A stretch of DNA of 64,000 nt from contig PQXF01000002.1 in the NCBI GenBank assembly GCA_003194445.1, forward strand, positions 148,116 through 212,115, in the 5' to 3' direction. Positions 51,637-62,394 of the stretch are shown here, one piece after another. The stretch comes from Candidatus Methanogaster sp. (GTDB lineage Archaea; Halobacteriota; Methanosarcinia; Methanosarcinales; Methanogasteraceae). Numbering within the stretch: position 1 is the first letter of the stretch; every line of letters starts with the position of its first letter. Both the position numbers and the translations under genes were made by a program. The notes under the pieces are model-generated. The model had not been told where the DNA came from. It saw nothing but the letters and a program-made list of their open reading frames with translations, and did no database searches.

Positions 51637-53037
51637 TTAGCAAGCTTTTGAGGGTATAAATGCTTCCTCAAGGTTTTTTTGGTCGAAGAGCAGTATATTA
51701 TCTCTCTCTGCGAGTTGTTTCATACGCCGGGTGAATCCGGATTTTGATATTAAGCAATAAGTTTCTTTCCGGTTCGCCCCGCCCCAGCGCACGTTTTTGG
51801 TTTTTTCCACGAGGTTTAGATAGAGGTCTGTATCTGTTTTTGTCTTTGTGTATTTGCATTCACAGAATAATATTTCTTTTGTGATATTATTCAGTGCAAT
51901 TATATCGATCTCATCGCCTTTGTGCCACCATGAGCCGACGGCTGTGAACTCAAAGGGTCTATTCATCAGCAAGAATTCAGTGCAGATCTTTTCGAATACT
52001 CGTGAGCACATTTCGTTGTTTTCCGCCATAACTGATTTTGTGAGTTCAGAAGATAGATTCATTTCTATTATTTCTATATTACTAAACACATATCTGAACC
52101 AGAATACGATAAAGTTATCGTCTATGACATAGACGCCTTTTCTTGATTTTGCGCTTTCGGTGATCGATATCCTTCTCTTAACTAGTTTTAAATCGGACAG
52201 TACTGACAGATATTTAGTTATTGTGCCTTTTTCATATCCGGTGTGGTTTACAATCTCAGATAATGTTGTTCTACCCGTAGAAATCGCGTTTAGTATGCTG
52301 AAATATATTCGGGGCTCTTTCAATTCCTCACGCAGAAGAAATGGCACTTCATTGTACATAAAAGCATCTTTCTTGAATATCTTGTCCTCGATGCATCTGT
52401 GAATGGGTGCATCACTGAACTCGATGAGGTATGCAGGCGTTCCCCCGCAGATCGAATACGCCGTTATTTTTTCTTCGAATGAGTGCTTCTCCAGGAATTT
52501 ACACGAATTTTTGAAGTCCATCTGACCAACGTTTATCTGCGCAGTTCTTCTCCCGTACAACGGGGATTTGTATCCGAGAAGCGACTCCATCATGGCTATT
52601 GATGAACCACAGATTATAATTTTCAGATTCGTTTTTTTCAGTTTTCTGTCCCAGTAATCCTGAAATATCGAGGGCAATGAGGGATTTGCACTTATCGCAT
52701 AAGGAAATTCATCAAAGATCATCGCGAAATTTCCGGTTTTGTTCCCGACAAAAAAATCCAACAGGGAATCCCACGTCGTAAACGGCGCATTTTTCAGATA
52801 TTCCAGCTCCATTTCCTCAGCAATCTGCGAGGAAAATCGCTCAAGCATCTCTTTCTGGGATTCGATTCTGCAGAAGAAGTAAATTCCATCGGAATCTTCC
52901 ATGAACTTCTGTAAAAGCGTGCTTTTCCCGATCCGTCTCTTCCCATATACAACGATAAATTCCGCGCCACTTCTTTCGAATCGCTCATTCAGTGTCGCCA
53001 GTTCCTGCTCCCGGTCTATGCATTTTAGATACTTCAT
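51637..53037 (-). CDS. Archaeal ATPase with a DUF234 (PD-D/ExK-like) C-terminus
   Basis: YGKRRIGKS, FDEFP, SPLYGRRT and WW..GDEID...ECK. Confidence 0.88.
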   Translation of the reverse strand: MKYLKCIDREQELATLNERFERSGAEFIVVYGKRRIGKSTLLQKFMEDSDGIYFFCRIESQKEMLERFSSQIAEEMELEYLKNAPFTTWDSLLDFFVGNKTGNFAMIFDEFPYAISANPSLPSIFQDYWDRKLKKTNLKIIICGSSIAMMESLLGYKSPLYGRRTAQINVGQMDFKNSCKFLEKHSFEEKITAYSICGGTPAYLIEFSDAPIHRCIEDKIFKKDAFMYNEVPFLLREELKEPRIYFSILNAISTGRTTLSEIVNHTGYEKGTITKYLSVLSDLKLVKRRISITESAKSRKGVYVIDDNFIVFWFRYVFSNIEIIEMNLSSELTKSVMAENNEMCSRVFEKICTEFLLMNRPFEFTAVGSWWHKGDEIDIIALNNITKEILFCECKYTKTKTDTDLYLNLVEKTKNVRWGGANRKETYCLISKSGFTRRMKQLAERDNILLFDQKNLEEAFIPSKAC

Positions 53038-53228
53038 AGTAGACTACTTTGAAGTATCCTATATTTGAATGTTTGGGCACTGCGGAACACTATGAGACTG
53101 GCAAAAAAACCCATCAGACCGGAAGGATAACCTGAACGCCGACACCCGGTAAACCCCATCCGGAAACCACAAAAAGGGGCTTGTGCCCAGGTCTTCCAGG
53201 CACCGTCGCCGTCACTGCCGCTTCCGGT

Positions 53229-54632
53229 TTAGAGCATGATCGCGCCGACCGCGGCCTGCAGGATCATCAGCGCATCGAGCGAGTTTACTACGCCGCCATC
53301 GCTGATGTCTGCCGCGGTGGTGGGCTCGCAGCTTCCGGCAGCCATCTGAAGTGCAATTACGGCGTCTGCCGGGGTGAGCAGGTCATCGCCGTTTAAGTCG
53401 CCGGTTATCGGAGGTTCGTATGTCTGGATGTCGTAGATGTATGCGGAACCCGAGAGTGTGCCCCTGCTATCCTCGCCATGGGCACCCACGAGGACATAAT
53501 CGCCAGAGATAGAGACCATGCAGCTAAACTGATCATCTTCTTCGCCGTCGCTGGCAGTAATCTTTACTTGCTCGTTCCATGCAGCTCCATTGTACTCGAA
53601 GATGTAGGCAGATCCTGAAAGATTCCCATTATCATCATCACCACATGCACTCACGATGGTATAGTCACCTGATATGGAGACTGAATAGCCGAACAAGTCA
53701 TACGCTGCGCCATCGTTAGCAGTAATTTTTGCTTCTTCGTTCCATGCAGTTCCGTTGTACGCGAAGATGTAGGCAGAGCCTGAAGAACTGCCGGATCCAT
53801 CGTCATGAGGGGCGCCCACGATGATAGTGTCACCTGATATGGAGACGGAGATGCCGAAATAGTCATACTCCGCGCCGTCGTTAGCAGTAATTTTTGCTTC
53901 TTCGTTCCATGTAGTTCCGTTGTACTCGAAGATGTAGGCAGAACCCGAACGGATACCGTTGTCACCATCCCGTTGAGCGCCCACGATGGCGTGGTCACCT
54001 GATATGGAGACGGAATAGCCGAACAAGTCATACGCCGCGCCATCGCTTGCCGTGATCTTTGCTTGCTCGTTCCATCCGGTTCCGTTGTACTCGAAGATGT
54101 AGGCAGAACCTGAACGGTCCCCGCTGTCATCAGCCCATGGAGCGCCCACGATCGCGTAGTCGCCCGAGATGGAGACTGAATCTCCGAAATAGTCATACGC
54201 CTTACCATCGCTTGCCGTGATCTTTGCTTGCTCGTTCCATCCGGTTCTGTCGCGCTTCCAGATATATGCGGAACCGGAAGCGTTACCATTATCATCATCA
54301 CAACCTGCACCCACGATCGCGTAGTCGCCCGAGATGGAGACTGAATCTCCGAAATAGTCATACGCCTTACCATCGCTTGCCGTGATCTTTGCTTGCTCGT
54401 TCCATCCGGTTCCGTCGCGCTTCCAGATATATGCGGAACCGGAAGCGTTACCGACGCCATCATCACCCCGTGCGCCCGCGATTGTGTAGTCGCCTGATAT
54501 TGAGACGGAATATCCGAACTGGTCGTACGCCGCACCATCGCTTGCCATGATCTTCACCTCGGAAGCAGATGTACAAGCAGTTAGAACCATAATCAGCAGC
54601 ACTGAAATAAATAGAGGCATTCTTCTCTTCAT
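53229..54632 (-). CDS. Secreted FG-GAP repeat beta-propeller protein with a C-terminal dockerin
   Basis: Signal peptide, seven FGxSVSISGD...GSAYI repeats, GDLNGD...LDALMILQ. Confidence 0.9.
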   Translation of the reverse strand: MKRRMPLFISVLLIMVLTACTSASEVKIMASDGAAYDQFGYSVSISGDYTIAGARGDDGVGNASGSAYIWKRDGTGWNEQAKITASDGKAYDYFGDSVSISGDYAIVGAGCDDDNGNASGSAYIWKRDRTGWNEQAKITASDGKAYDYFGDSVSISGDYAIVGAPWADDSGDRSGSAYIFEYNGTGWNEQAKITASDGAAYDLFGYSVSISGDHAIVGAQRDGDNGIRSGSAYIFEYNGTTWNEEAKITANDGAEYDYFGISVSISGDTIIVGAPHDDGSGSSSGSAYIFAYNGTAWNEEAKITANDGAAYDLFGYSVSISGDYTIVSACGDDDNGNLSGSAYIFEYNGAAWNEQVKITASDGEEDDQFSCMVSISGDYVLVGAHGEDSRGTLSGSAYIYDIQTYEPPITGDLNGDDLLTPADAVIALQMAAGSCEPTTAADISDGGVVNSLDALMILQAAVGAIML

Positions 54633-54956
54633 TGTGTTTCACCTTTCAGTTAGTGTCCGATCGATCAATGTTCACAAGTTATATAACTATTTCTGTCGTC
54701 TATGCGTTATCTAACCAACTTTTATGGTAGACTAACATGACCTTCGCTTATGGGACGCACGCCTAAAAAACAGAAAATGAGGGTGTGCACCCAGCGTCTT
54801 CCGGGAACCGTCACTACCGCTTCCGGTTCAGAACATGATCGTAAATGCCCGCTAATGCCTGCGATTGACCTGCACCACGCAATTCTACTGTGCGGTCGCA
54901 AGCACCCCCACTCGCCATACATTTTTACCACCCCGGATCGAATACAGAGAAACATA

Positions 54957-56720
54957 ATGAGAATTGCGATACTGAACAAGGATCGATGTCAGCCAGATAC
55001 ATGCTCGCACGAGTGTATCAAATACTGTCCACGCGTGCGGACTGGTGATGAGACCATCGTGATTGAGGATGGGAAAAAGCCGGTCATCTCCGAAGAACTC
55101 TGCATCGGTTGCGGCATCTGCGTCAACAAATGCCCGTTTGAGGCGATACATATCATATCACTCCCCGAATCCCTGACAGAGCCGACACACAGATACGGCG
55201 AAAACGGCTTCGTGCTCTTCGGGCTGCCGCTGCCGCAGCACGGAAAGGCGGTCGGCATCCTCGGACCAAACGGGATCGGCAAGACTACAGCAGTCCAGAT
55301 CCTTTCCGGAAACTTAGTGCCGAACCTCGATGCTGACGCGGACTGGGAGGATATTTTCAAGTATTATTCTGGCTCTGCGATGCAGGATTATCTCAAGAAG
55401 ATATCCCGAAATGAAATACGGTTATCACAGAAACCACAGTATGTGGACCGGCTTTCCGAGGTATTCAGCGGCAAGGTGTCGGAATTGCTCGAGAAAGTGG
55501 ATGAACGTGGTGAACTTGAACACCTGATTGCAGAACTCGAGATCGGACATATCCTTAACCGGAATCTCGGTGATCTCAGCGGTGGCGAGCTTCAGAGGGT
55601 TGCGATCGCTGCATGTGCTGCCAAAGATGCTGATTTCTATTTTTTCGATGAGATAAGTCCGTATCTTGACATCTACCAGCGCATTCGTGCAGCAATCCTG
55701 ATCCGAAAACTTGCGGACGAGAGCGCGGTACTGGTGGTCGAGCATGATCTTGCGATCCTCGATCTGCTTGCAGATGTGGCGCACATCGGATACGGCGAGC
55801 CAGGCGGGTTTGGTGTGATCACGCATGTGAAGGGCGTTCGGCAGGCGGTCAACCAGTATCTCCGCGGATTTTTACCAGAGGAGAATGTGCGGATCAGACC
55901 GGACTCGATCGATTTCGAGGTACATGCGCCGCGATCCTTAAAAGACATCCCTGTGCTATTCGAGTTTCCTGAGTTTACAAAGACGTATGACGGTGGCTTC
56001 TCGCTTTCGGTGGCTGCCGGCGAGTTGCGGGCGGGAGAGGTCGTCGGAGCGGTCGGTCCGAACGGGATTGGGAAGAGCACGTTTGCAAAACTGCTTGCAG
56101 GAGTGGAAGAGCCGACAACCGGCAAAGTATCCACAGATATCAAGATTTCCTACAAACCGCAGTACATAAAACCGGATTCGTTTGTCAGGGTCCACGATTT
56201 CCTGCGGAGTATCACGCGTTACGTCGATACCAGTTACTACGAGACCAGCATCACAAACCCGCTCCAGCTCAAGTACCTGATGGAGCGGGAGCTATCAGAC
56301 CTAAGCGGCGGCGAACTCCAGCGGGTTGCGATCGCTGCGTGCCTCTCCAGGGACGCCGATCTCTACGTGCTGGACGAGCCGTCCGCGCACCTCGATGTTG
56401 AGCAGCGGGTATCTGCGTGCTCGGCTATACGGAGATTTGCCGAGAACAAACATGCAACCGCGATCGTGATCGACCACGACATCTACATGGTCGATCTCTT
56501 AAGCGACCGGTTGCTCGTGTTCGAAGGGGAGCCTGCCGTATGTGGTGAGGTCTTCGGACCGTTTGGTCTGCGCGAGGGTATGAACCGGTTCCTTAAGAAT
56601 CTGGATATCACGTTCAGGCGTGACGAGGAGACGAAACGACCGCGAATCAACAAACCGGGTTCCAGGCTCGACCGGGAGCAGAAGGCGAGCGGTGAGTACT
56701 ATTACGCGGCGGTTGAGTGA
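54957..56720 (+). CDS. rli: ABCE1/RLI ribosome recycling ATPase
   Basis: MRIAILNKDRCQP Fe-S domain, two GPNGIGK and LSGGELQR motifs. Confidence 0.95.
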   Translation: MRIAILNKDRCQPDTCSHECIKYCPRVRTGDETIVIEDGKKPVISEELCIGCGICVNKCPFEAIHIISLPESLTEPTHRYGENGFVLFGLPLPQHGKAVGILGPNGIGKTTAVQILSGNLVPNLDADADWEDIFKYYSGSAMQDYLKKISRNEIRLSQKPQYVDRLSEVFSGKVSELLEKVDERGELEHLIAELEIGHILNRNLGDLSGGELQRVAIAACAAKDADFYFFDEISPYLDIYQRIRAAILIRKLADESAVLVVEHDLAILDLLADVAHIGYGEPGGFGVITHVKGVRQAVNQYLRGFLPEENVRIRPDSIDFEVHAPRSLKDIPVLFEFPEFTKTYDGGFSLSVAAGELRAGEVVGAVGPNGIGKSTFAKLLAGVEEPTTGKVSTDIKISYKPQYIKPDSFVRVHDFLRSITRYVDTSYYETSITNPLQLKYLMERELSDLSGGELQRVAIAACLSRDADLYVLDEPSAHLDVEQRVSACSAIRRFAENKHATAIVIDHDIYMVDLLSDRLLVFEGEPAVCGEVFGPFGLREGMNRFLKNLDITFRRDEETKRPRINKPGSRLDREQKASGEYYYAAVE

Positions 56721-56781
56721 TATCCCGGCTTATGTAAAACTTTTAGTAGTATCCCACTGATGACACTGTAGAGGTATTTCT

Positions 56782-57675
56782 ATGGAACTGAACGGAGTTG
56801 AAATCGAGGATACTTATGCCGAGGCATTTGGTATCAAGGTGGCACGGGTGCTGATTACTGGCGTGAGCAAGCGCTGGGCGATGGTTGCTGCGACAGAGGC
56901 GACAGGATTTGGAACATCGGTGATCATGTGCCCGGCAGAGGCAGGCATCGAGCGCGTAGTCGATGGCAGCGAGACACCTGACGGGCGGCCTGGCGTCTAC
57001 ATCCAGATGTGCACGTTCGGATACAAGGCGCTTGAGGAGCAGTTACTGGAACGGATCGGTCAGTGCGTCTTAACGGCACCAACGACTGCTGTATGGAACG
57101 GGCTACCTGACGCAGAGAAGCAGTTCGATACGGGCTTTAAGATGAAATTCTTTGCAGATGGTTACGAGTCAGAACTGGAGGTCGGCGGGCGCAAAGCGTA
57201 CGCGATCCCGATGATGGAAGGCGATTTCATCATAGAGCACGGAATCGGTGCAGTCGAGGGTGTTGCTGGTGGAAACTTCTTCATCCTTGCAGACAGTCAG
57301 ATGACCGGGCTTACGGCAGCAGAGAACGCAGTGGACGCGATCATGCAATGCGTTGGTTCGATCACGCCATTCCCCGGAGGAATCGTTGCAAGCGGCTCAA
57401 AACCGGGTGCGGACACGTACACGTTCATGCAAGCGACAACGAACCAGAGGTTTGCTCCAACGCTCAAAGACAAGGTCGAGGACACGAACATTCCTGCCGA
57501 TGTCAATGCAGTGTATGAACTCGTGATCAACGGCATCGACGTCGATGCGGTGGCTGCTGCGACCAAAGCCGGAATTGAGGCTGCTGTGAAGGTGCCGGGC
57601 GTCAAGAAGATCACTGCAGGAAACTATGGCGGAAGTCTGGGCGCGTTCAAGGTCAATCTTGGCGATCTCTTCTGA
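56782..57675 (+). CDS. ftr: Formylmethanofuran--tetrahydromethanopterin formyltransferase
   Basis: MELNGVEIEDTYAEAF, TPDGRPG and AGNYGG. Confidence 0.96.
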   Translation: MELNGVEIEDTYAEAFGIKVARVLITGVSKRWAMVAATEATGFGTSVIMCPAEAGIERVVDGSETPDGRPGVYIQMCTFGYKALEEQLLERIGQCVLTAPTTAVWNGLPDAEKQFDTGFKMKFFADGYESELEVGGRKAYAIPMMEGDFIIEHGIGAVEGVAGGNFFILADSQMTGLTAAENAVDAIMQCVGSITPFPGGIVASGSKPGADTYTFMQATTNQRFAPTLKDKVEDTNIPADVNAVYELVINGIDVDAVAAATKAGIEAAVKVPGVKKITAGNYGGSLGAFKVNLGDLF

Positions 57676-57749
57676 GGTCGTCTCTCTTTTTTTTATTTTT
57701 TGTCATAGGTGATCCGGTTTGAGTGCACTGCTGCAAAAAAGGAGCTGAT

Positions 57750-57926
57750 ATGACCGCTGAAATAGCAATAATGAAGAAAGAAGCGATCGCAATTGCGGCA
57801 GACAGCGCTGTTACATTACGCGAAGAGAAAATCTTTACTTCAGCTAATAAGATTTTCAGTTTATCCAAATACCATCCTGTTGGCGGGATGGTCTACGGGA
57901 ACGATACTTTCATGGGAATTCCATGA
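57750..57926 (+). pseudogene. N-terminal fragment of an Ntn-hydrolase-like hypothetical protein
   Basis: MTAEIAIM...IAADSAVT...ANKIF, truncated after 58 aa. Confidence 0.55.
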
Positions 57927-58805
57927 GAGACTATAGACATGTTGTGATATAAAATGCAGCCTTCTACGGTGTCTATTCCTCCTTGCATATCGCTCCTTTT
58001 TGCAGATCTCCCTTCTCATGACCTTTCCAAATTATTACAAGGAGGTTGGAAATAGTGGAGAATGATAAAGAAGAACTGAAGAAGGTATATCGCTCGACGA
58101 AAGAGTTCGAGATGGCGATCTTTCCGAGATTCTATGCAGAGCGGTTGGAAACGAAGAAAAACGAAGACCCACGTGCATTTGGAGCGGGGTTGGCGGAAGA
58201 ACTCCTAGAAGATATCAGGCAGCGACTGGCAAGATGATGGGGGAATGGGATGCCACGATATCCAAAAACGACGAGATTCCGATAGTAAAATACGCAAAAA
58301 TACCTCGGCAAGGGGGATACTCTTCGGCGTATCCGGAGACCAAACAGACGCTAACGAAAGAGAAAATTCCAAGACTTTTTGGCATAAACTCCACCATACG
58401 CCGTGGCTCCCAAAACGGAGGTAGCGCGCGTTTGTTACCCTTCTCTACTTCCCATCGAGCTTCCCGAACGCAGCGAATTGGGTGTGGAAATTTTACCAGT
58501 CTCTACGAACTTTCACAAACTTTCACAAACACTTGTCTCCCGGTTAAATCCCATAGTTGATTCCGGCAATCTGTGAATCGGGGTAGAACTCTGATTGAAA
58601 CCCTGTCAACGCTTGATAAGTTGGCAGTCCGGTTCCATCGTTACACTTAAGTATTATGGTGCTGATGATTTGCGTGCTTGCTATGAATACGCAATCGGTA
58701 AAGGTGTTTCCAGTGGATGAGACAACAGGAATCAAGAGCGATTTTTTAAATATACCATTGGACATTGATTAGAATTTGTAAAGAATTGATAAAGAAGGAG
58801 ATCGT

Positions 58806-60773
58806 ATGGAAAACGAAGAACCACGTATCGGTGTCTTTGTCTGCGAATGCGGCGTCAATATCGGCGGGTATCTCGATACTCAGGCGGTAGCTGATTACGC
58901 GCTAACCCTTCCGAATGTCGTGCATACGAAGGTCAATAAGTTCACATGCGCGGATTCGGGACAGGCAGAGATACAGGAAGGAATAAGGGAGCATAACCTG
59001 AACAGAGTGGTTGTGGCGTCATGTACGCCGCGGACACACGAGCCCACGTTTCGGGCGTGCTGTAAGGAGGCTGGCGTCAACCCGTACCAGTTCGAGTTCG
59101 TGAACATCCGGGACCAGTGCTCATGGATTCACATGTGGGATTGGGAAGGCGCGACAGCCAAGGCAAAGGATCTTGTAAGGATGGGCGTCGCCCGCTCTCG
59201 GTTACTTGAACCGCTCGAGGAATCGTCCGTACCGGTTGACCAGAACGTGCTTGTGATCGGCGCAGGTGTTGCAGGAATGCAGGCGGCGATCGACTTTGGT
59301 GACATGGGCTACAACGTCTATCTTGTCGAGAAGGGACCATCGATCGGTGGCAGGATGGCACGGTTTGACAAAGTATTCCCAACAAACGACTGCTCGATCT
59401 GCATCCTCGGACCAAAGATGGTCGAGGTCGCACGAAACAAGAACATCAACATCATGTCGTACTCCGAGGTTACCGATGTGGACGGATTTGTTGGCAACTT
59501 CGAGGTGACTGTGCTGCACAAGCCGCGTTATCTTGACACCGACGTCTGCACAGGCTGCGGAGCGTGTCAGGAGGTCTGTCCTGTGGAACTCCCGAGCGAG
59601 TTTAACGAGAACTTCGGGATCAGAAAGGCGATATACATCCCATTCCCACAGGCAGTCCCGATGCGGGCAGTGCTTGACAAGGATAACTGCATCGGATGCA
59701 AGGCGTGCGAGAAAGCCTGCGAGGCTGGAGCGATCAGGTATGATCAGGAGGCGATTTACGAGAAGCTTACAGTAGGTGTGATCACAGTTGCGGTCGGAAT
59801 GGACGCGTTTGACCCGCTACCACACAACAATTATGGTTACGGGCTTTACGACAACGTGATAACCACGATGGAGTTTGAACGCTTGCTCAATGCCGCAGGA
59901 CCAACAGGCGGGCATGTGGTGAGACCATCTGATGCGGTTGAGCCGATTACGGTCGGATTCATCAACTGTGTCGGGTCAAGGGATGTCAACGAGAATATCT
60001 ACTGCTCAGGAGGCGTTTGCTGCATGTTCTCAATCAAGAACGCGCAGCTCTTAAAGGAGAAGCGACCTGAAACGAACCACTTCATCTTCTACATGGACAT
60101 ACGCTCGACGATGAGAGGCTTTGAGGAGGCATACAACCGTGCACGTGACCTTGGCGTCAAGTTCATCAGGGGCAAGCCTGTCGAGATCACAGAGAAGGAG
60201 AACGGAAATGTCGTCGTGAGAGTTGAGGATACCCTGAAAGGCGAGATCACGAACGTGGAGCTCGATCTTTTAGTGCTTGGAACCGGACTTGTCCCGAACG
60301 AGGGAATCAACGAGATGGGGGCCATCCTCAAGCTACCGAGATCAGCAGACGGTTTCTTAACGGAACTGCATCCGAAGCTTGCGCCGGTTGACACGACCAC
60401 AGATGGCGTATTTGTGGCAGGATGTGCGGCAGGTCCGAGAGATATCGCTTATGCGACCGCTCACGGTAGTGCAACAGCAGGACGTGCGACGAGACTTCTT
60501 TCAGTGGGATCGGCTCCGATCATGGGAATCACCGCAAGAATCGACGAAGACAAGTGCGTGGTCTGCGGCGTCTGCGTGGACAAGTGCCCGTACGGAGTCT
60601 TTGAGATCGTCGGAACGAACGGTGACCGCCGCATCAATGTTGTCGAGGCTCTCTGTAAGGGCTGCGGCACCTGTGTTACCGCGTGTCCGACAGGAGCGCT
60701 TGAACAGAGTCACTTCAAGAACGATCAGGTGCTTGCACAGGTGAGAAACGTCTTCCAGTACGGAGGTGAGTAA
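58806..60773 (+). CDS. hdrA: Heterodisulfide reductase subunit A
   Basis: [37 protein letters not shown] and ferredoxin motifs. Confidence 0.95.
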   Translation: MENEEPRIGVFVCECGVNIGGYLDTQAVADYALTLPNVVHTKVNKFTCADSGQAEIQEGIREHNLNRVVVASCTPRTHEPTFRACCKEAGVNPYQFEFVNIRDQCSWIHMWDWEGATAKAKDLVRMGVARSRLLEPLEESSVPVDQNVLVIGAGVAGMQAAIDFGDMGYNVYLVEKGPSIGGRMARFDKVFPTNDCSICILGPKMVEVARNKNINIMSYSEVTDVDGFVGNFEVTVLHKPRYLDTDVCTGCGACQEVCPVELPSEFNENFGIRKAIYIPFPQAVPMRAVLDKDNCIGCKACEKACEAGAIRYDQEAIYEKLTVGVITVAVGMDAFDPLPHNNYGYGLYDNVITTMEFERLLNAAGPTGGHVVRPSDAVEPITVGFINCVGSRDVNENIYCSGGVCCMFSIKNAQLLKEKRPETNHFIFYMDIRSTMRGFEEAYNRARDLGVKFIRGKPVEITEKENGNVVVRVEDTLKGEITNVELDLLVLGTGLVPNEGINEMGAILKLPRSADGFLTELHPKLAPVDTTTDGVFVAGCAAGPRDIAYATAHGSATAGRATRLLSVGSAPIMGITARIDEDKCVVCGVCVDKCPYGVFEIVGTNGDRRINVVEALCKGCGTCVTACPTGALEQSHFKNDQVLAQVRNVFQYGGE

Positions 60774-61233
60774 AAAAATGGCAGAAGCAACAGCGGCAGA
60801 AACAACTGGTACTGATGAATGGCAGCCAAAGATTGTGATGTTCTGCTGCAACTGGTGTTCGTACGGAGGAGCTGACTCCGCAGGAATGGGCAGGTTCCAG
60901 CAGCCTCCAACGGTGCGGGTCATACGAGTGATGTGCTCTGGCAGGATGGATCCGGTATTCATCTTAAATGCATTCCTTGAGGGTGCAGATGGCGTTCTAT
61001 TCTCAGGATGCCACATCGGAGACTGTCACTACGTAAACGGCAACTACAAGGCAACGATTAAGTACAAATTCTTAAAAGCGATGGTAAACGAGCTCGGACT
61101 CGAAGATGAGCGGCTCAAGCTCGACTGGATCTCAGCATCAGAGGGCGAGCGGTACGCAGAGGTCGTAACCGAGTTCACAGAGCAGATCAAGAAGGTAGGA
61201 CCGAGTCCACTCAAGCCGGAAGGGGTGGTCTGA
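60766..61233 (+). CDS. mvhD: MvhD-like [2Fe-2S] subunit
   Basis: [26 protein letters not shown] and WISASEG. Confidence 0.93.
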   Translation: MSKKMAEATAAETTGTDEWQPKIVMFCCNWCSYGGADSAGMGRFQQPPTVRVIRVMCSGRMDPVFILNAFLEGADGVLFSGCHIGDCHYVNGNYKATIKYKFLKAMVNELGLEDERLKLDWISASEGERYAEVVTEFTEQIKKVGPSPLKPEGVV

Positions 61234-62394
61234 ATGGATATAGGAGACTGTTACGTCGGATGGGCGACAGACGAGGATATCAGAACCCGCGGCGCATCAG
61301 GAGGTCTTGTAACAGCCATGCTTGCAGCAGCACTCGAGAAAGGGCTTGTCGAGGCGGTTGTAGTCTTGAAGAAGCTCGGAGAGTTCGAGGCGGTCCCGAT
61401 CGTGACATCGGACCCCGAAGAGGTCAAAGCAACAGCCGGATCGATGCATTCGGTTCCGATCGTCTTATCACGCTATCTCGAATATGGAACAAAGGTTGCG
61501 CTCCCTGCAAAGCCGTGTGACGCAAGAAGCACGATTGAGCAGTCGAAGAGGGGGCAGGTGGACATCGACACGACCTACATAGTGGGGTTAAACTGCGGCG
61601 GCACGATGCACCCGGCAGGAACCAGAGATATGCTTGATGTGATGTACAAGCTCGATCCTGAGGATATCAAGGGCGAGGAGATCGACAAAGGAAAGCTGAT
61701 CTTTGAGACAAAGGACGGCGAAGAACACGCAATCAAGATCGACGAGCTCGAAGAAGAGGGCTACGGACGACGCGAGTCCTGCCAGTACTGCGCAGTAAAC
61801 ATCCCGAGGATGGCAGATATTGCCTGTGGAAACTGGGGTGTAATTGGCGACCTTGCAGGGAAAGGGACGTTTGTTGAGATCAACACCGATAAAGGTATCG
61901 CGATTTTAGAGAACGCAATCGATGCCGGAGCTGTCGAGATCACACCAGCTGATGATAAGGGCAAAGCAATCCGGGAGAAAGTAGACGGCGCAATGATGAA
62001 GGTTGCAGCGGCAGCAGATGAGAAGTATCTTTCACCGATTGAGGGAAGCCATCTCGACTACTACATGAATGCACTTTCTGATTGCATCAACTGCGGTGCA
62101 TGTAAGACAGTCTGCCCGGTATGTGCATGTGGCGAGGGTGCGAAGTGCACCGAGTTTAGCTCAGCATCAGACACATACAAGATGTCACTATTCCACCTTG
62201 TGCGGTTCGTGCACCTGATGGACTCATGCATCGGATGCGGACAGTGCACCGATGTCTGTCCTGTGGATATTCCGCTGACGCACATCTATAGGCGGTTTGC
62301 TGAACCGATGCAGGAGGAATTCGAGTACAAACCTGGTATGGACATGACAACACCGCCGTTCTTTGGAGTTGACCTGATTGAGGAGGGGCACTAA
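61234..62394 (+). CDS. FdhB/FrhB-family F420-interacting subunit
   Basis: GGLVTAML, KPCD, GLNCGG, ADIACGNWG and two 4Fe-4S motifs. Confidence 0.88.
   Translation: MDIGDCYVGWATDEDIRTRGASGGLVTAMLAAALEKGLVEAVVVLKKLGEFEAVPIVTSDPEEVKATAGSMHSVPIVLSRYLEYGTKVALPAKPCDARSTIEQSKRGQVDIDTTYIVGLNCGGTMHPAGTRDMLDVMYKLDPEDIKGEEIDKGKLIFETKDGEEHAIKIDELEEEGYGRRESCQYCAVNIPRMADIACGNWGVIGDLAGKGTFVEINTDKGIAILENAIDAGAVEITPADDKGKAIREKVDGAMMKVAAAADEKYLSPIEGSHLDYYMNALSDCINCGACKTVCPVCACGEGAKCTEFSSASDTYKMSLFHLVRFVHLMDSCIGCGQCTDVCPVDIPLTHIYRRFAEPMQEEFEYKPGMDMTTPPFFGVDLIEEGH

Noticed and set aside
53400-54550. 168-bp tandem DNA repeats
   Set aside because: They are the coding FG-GAP propeller blades; the long alternative-frame ORF 53651-54538 is a shadow
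57950-58765. Short ORFs between ftr and hdrA
   Set aside because: Fragmentary with no recognisable family; left unannotated
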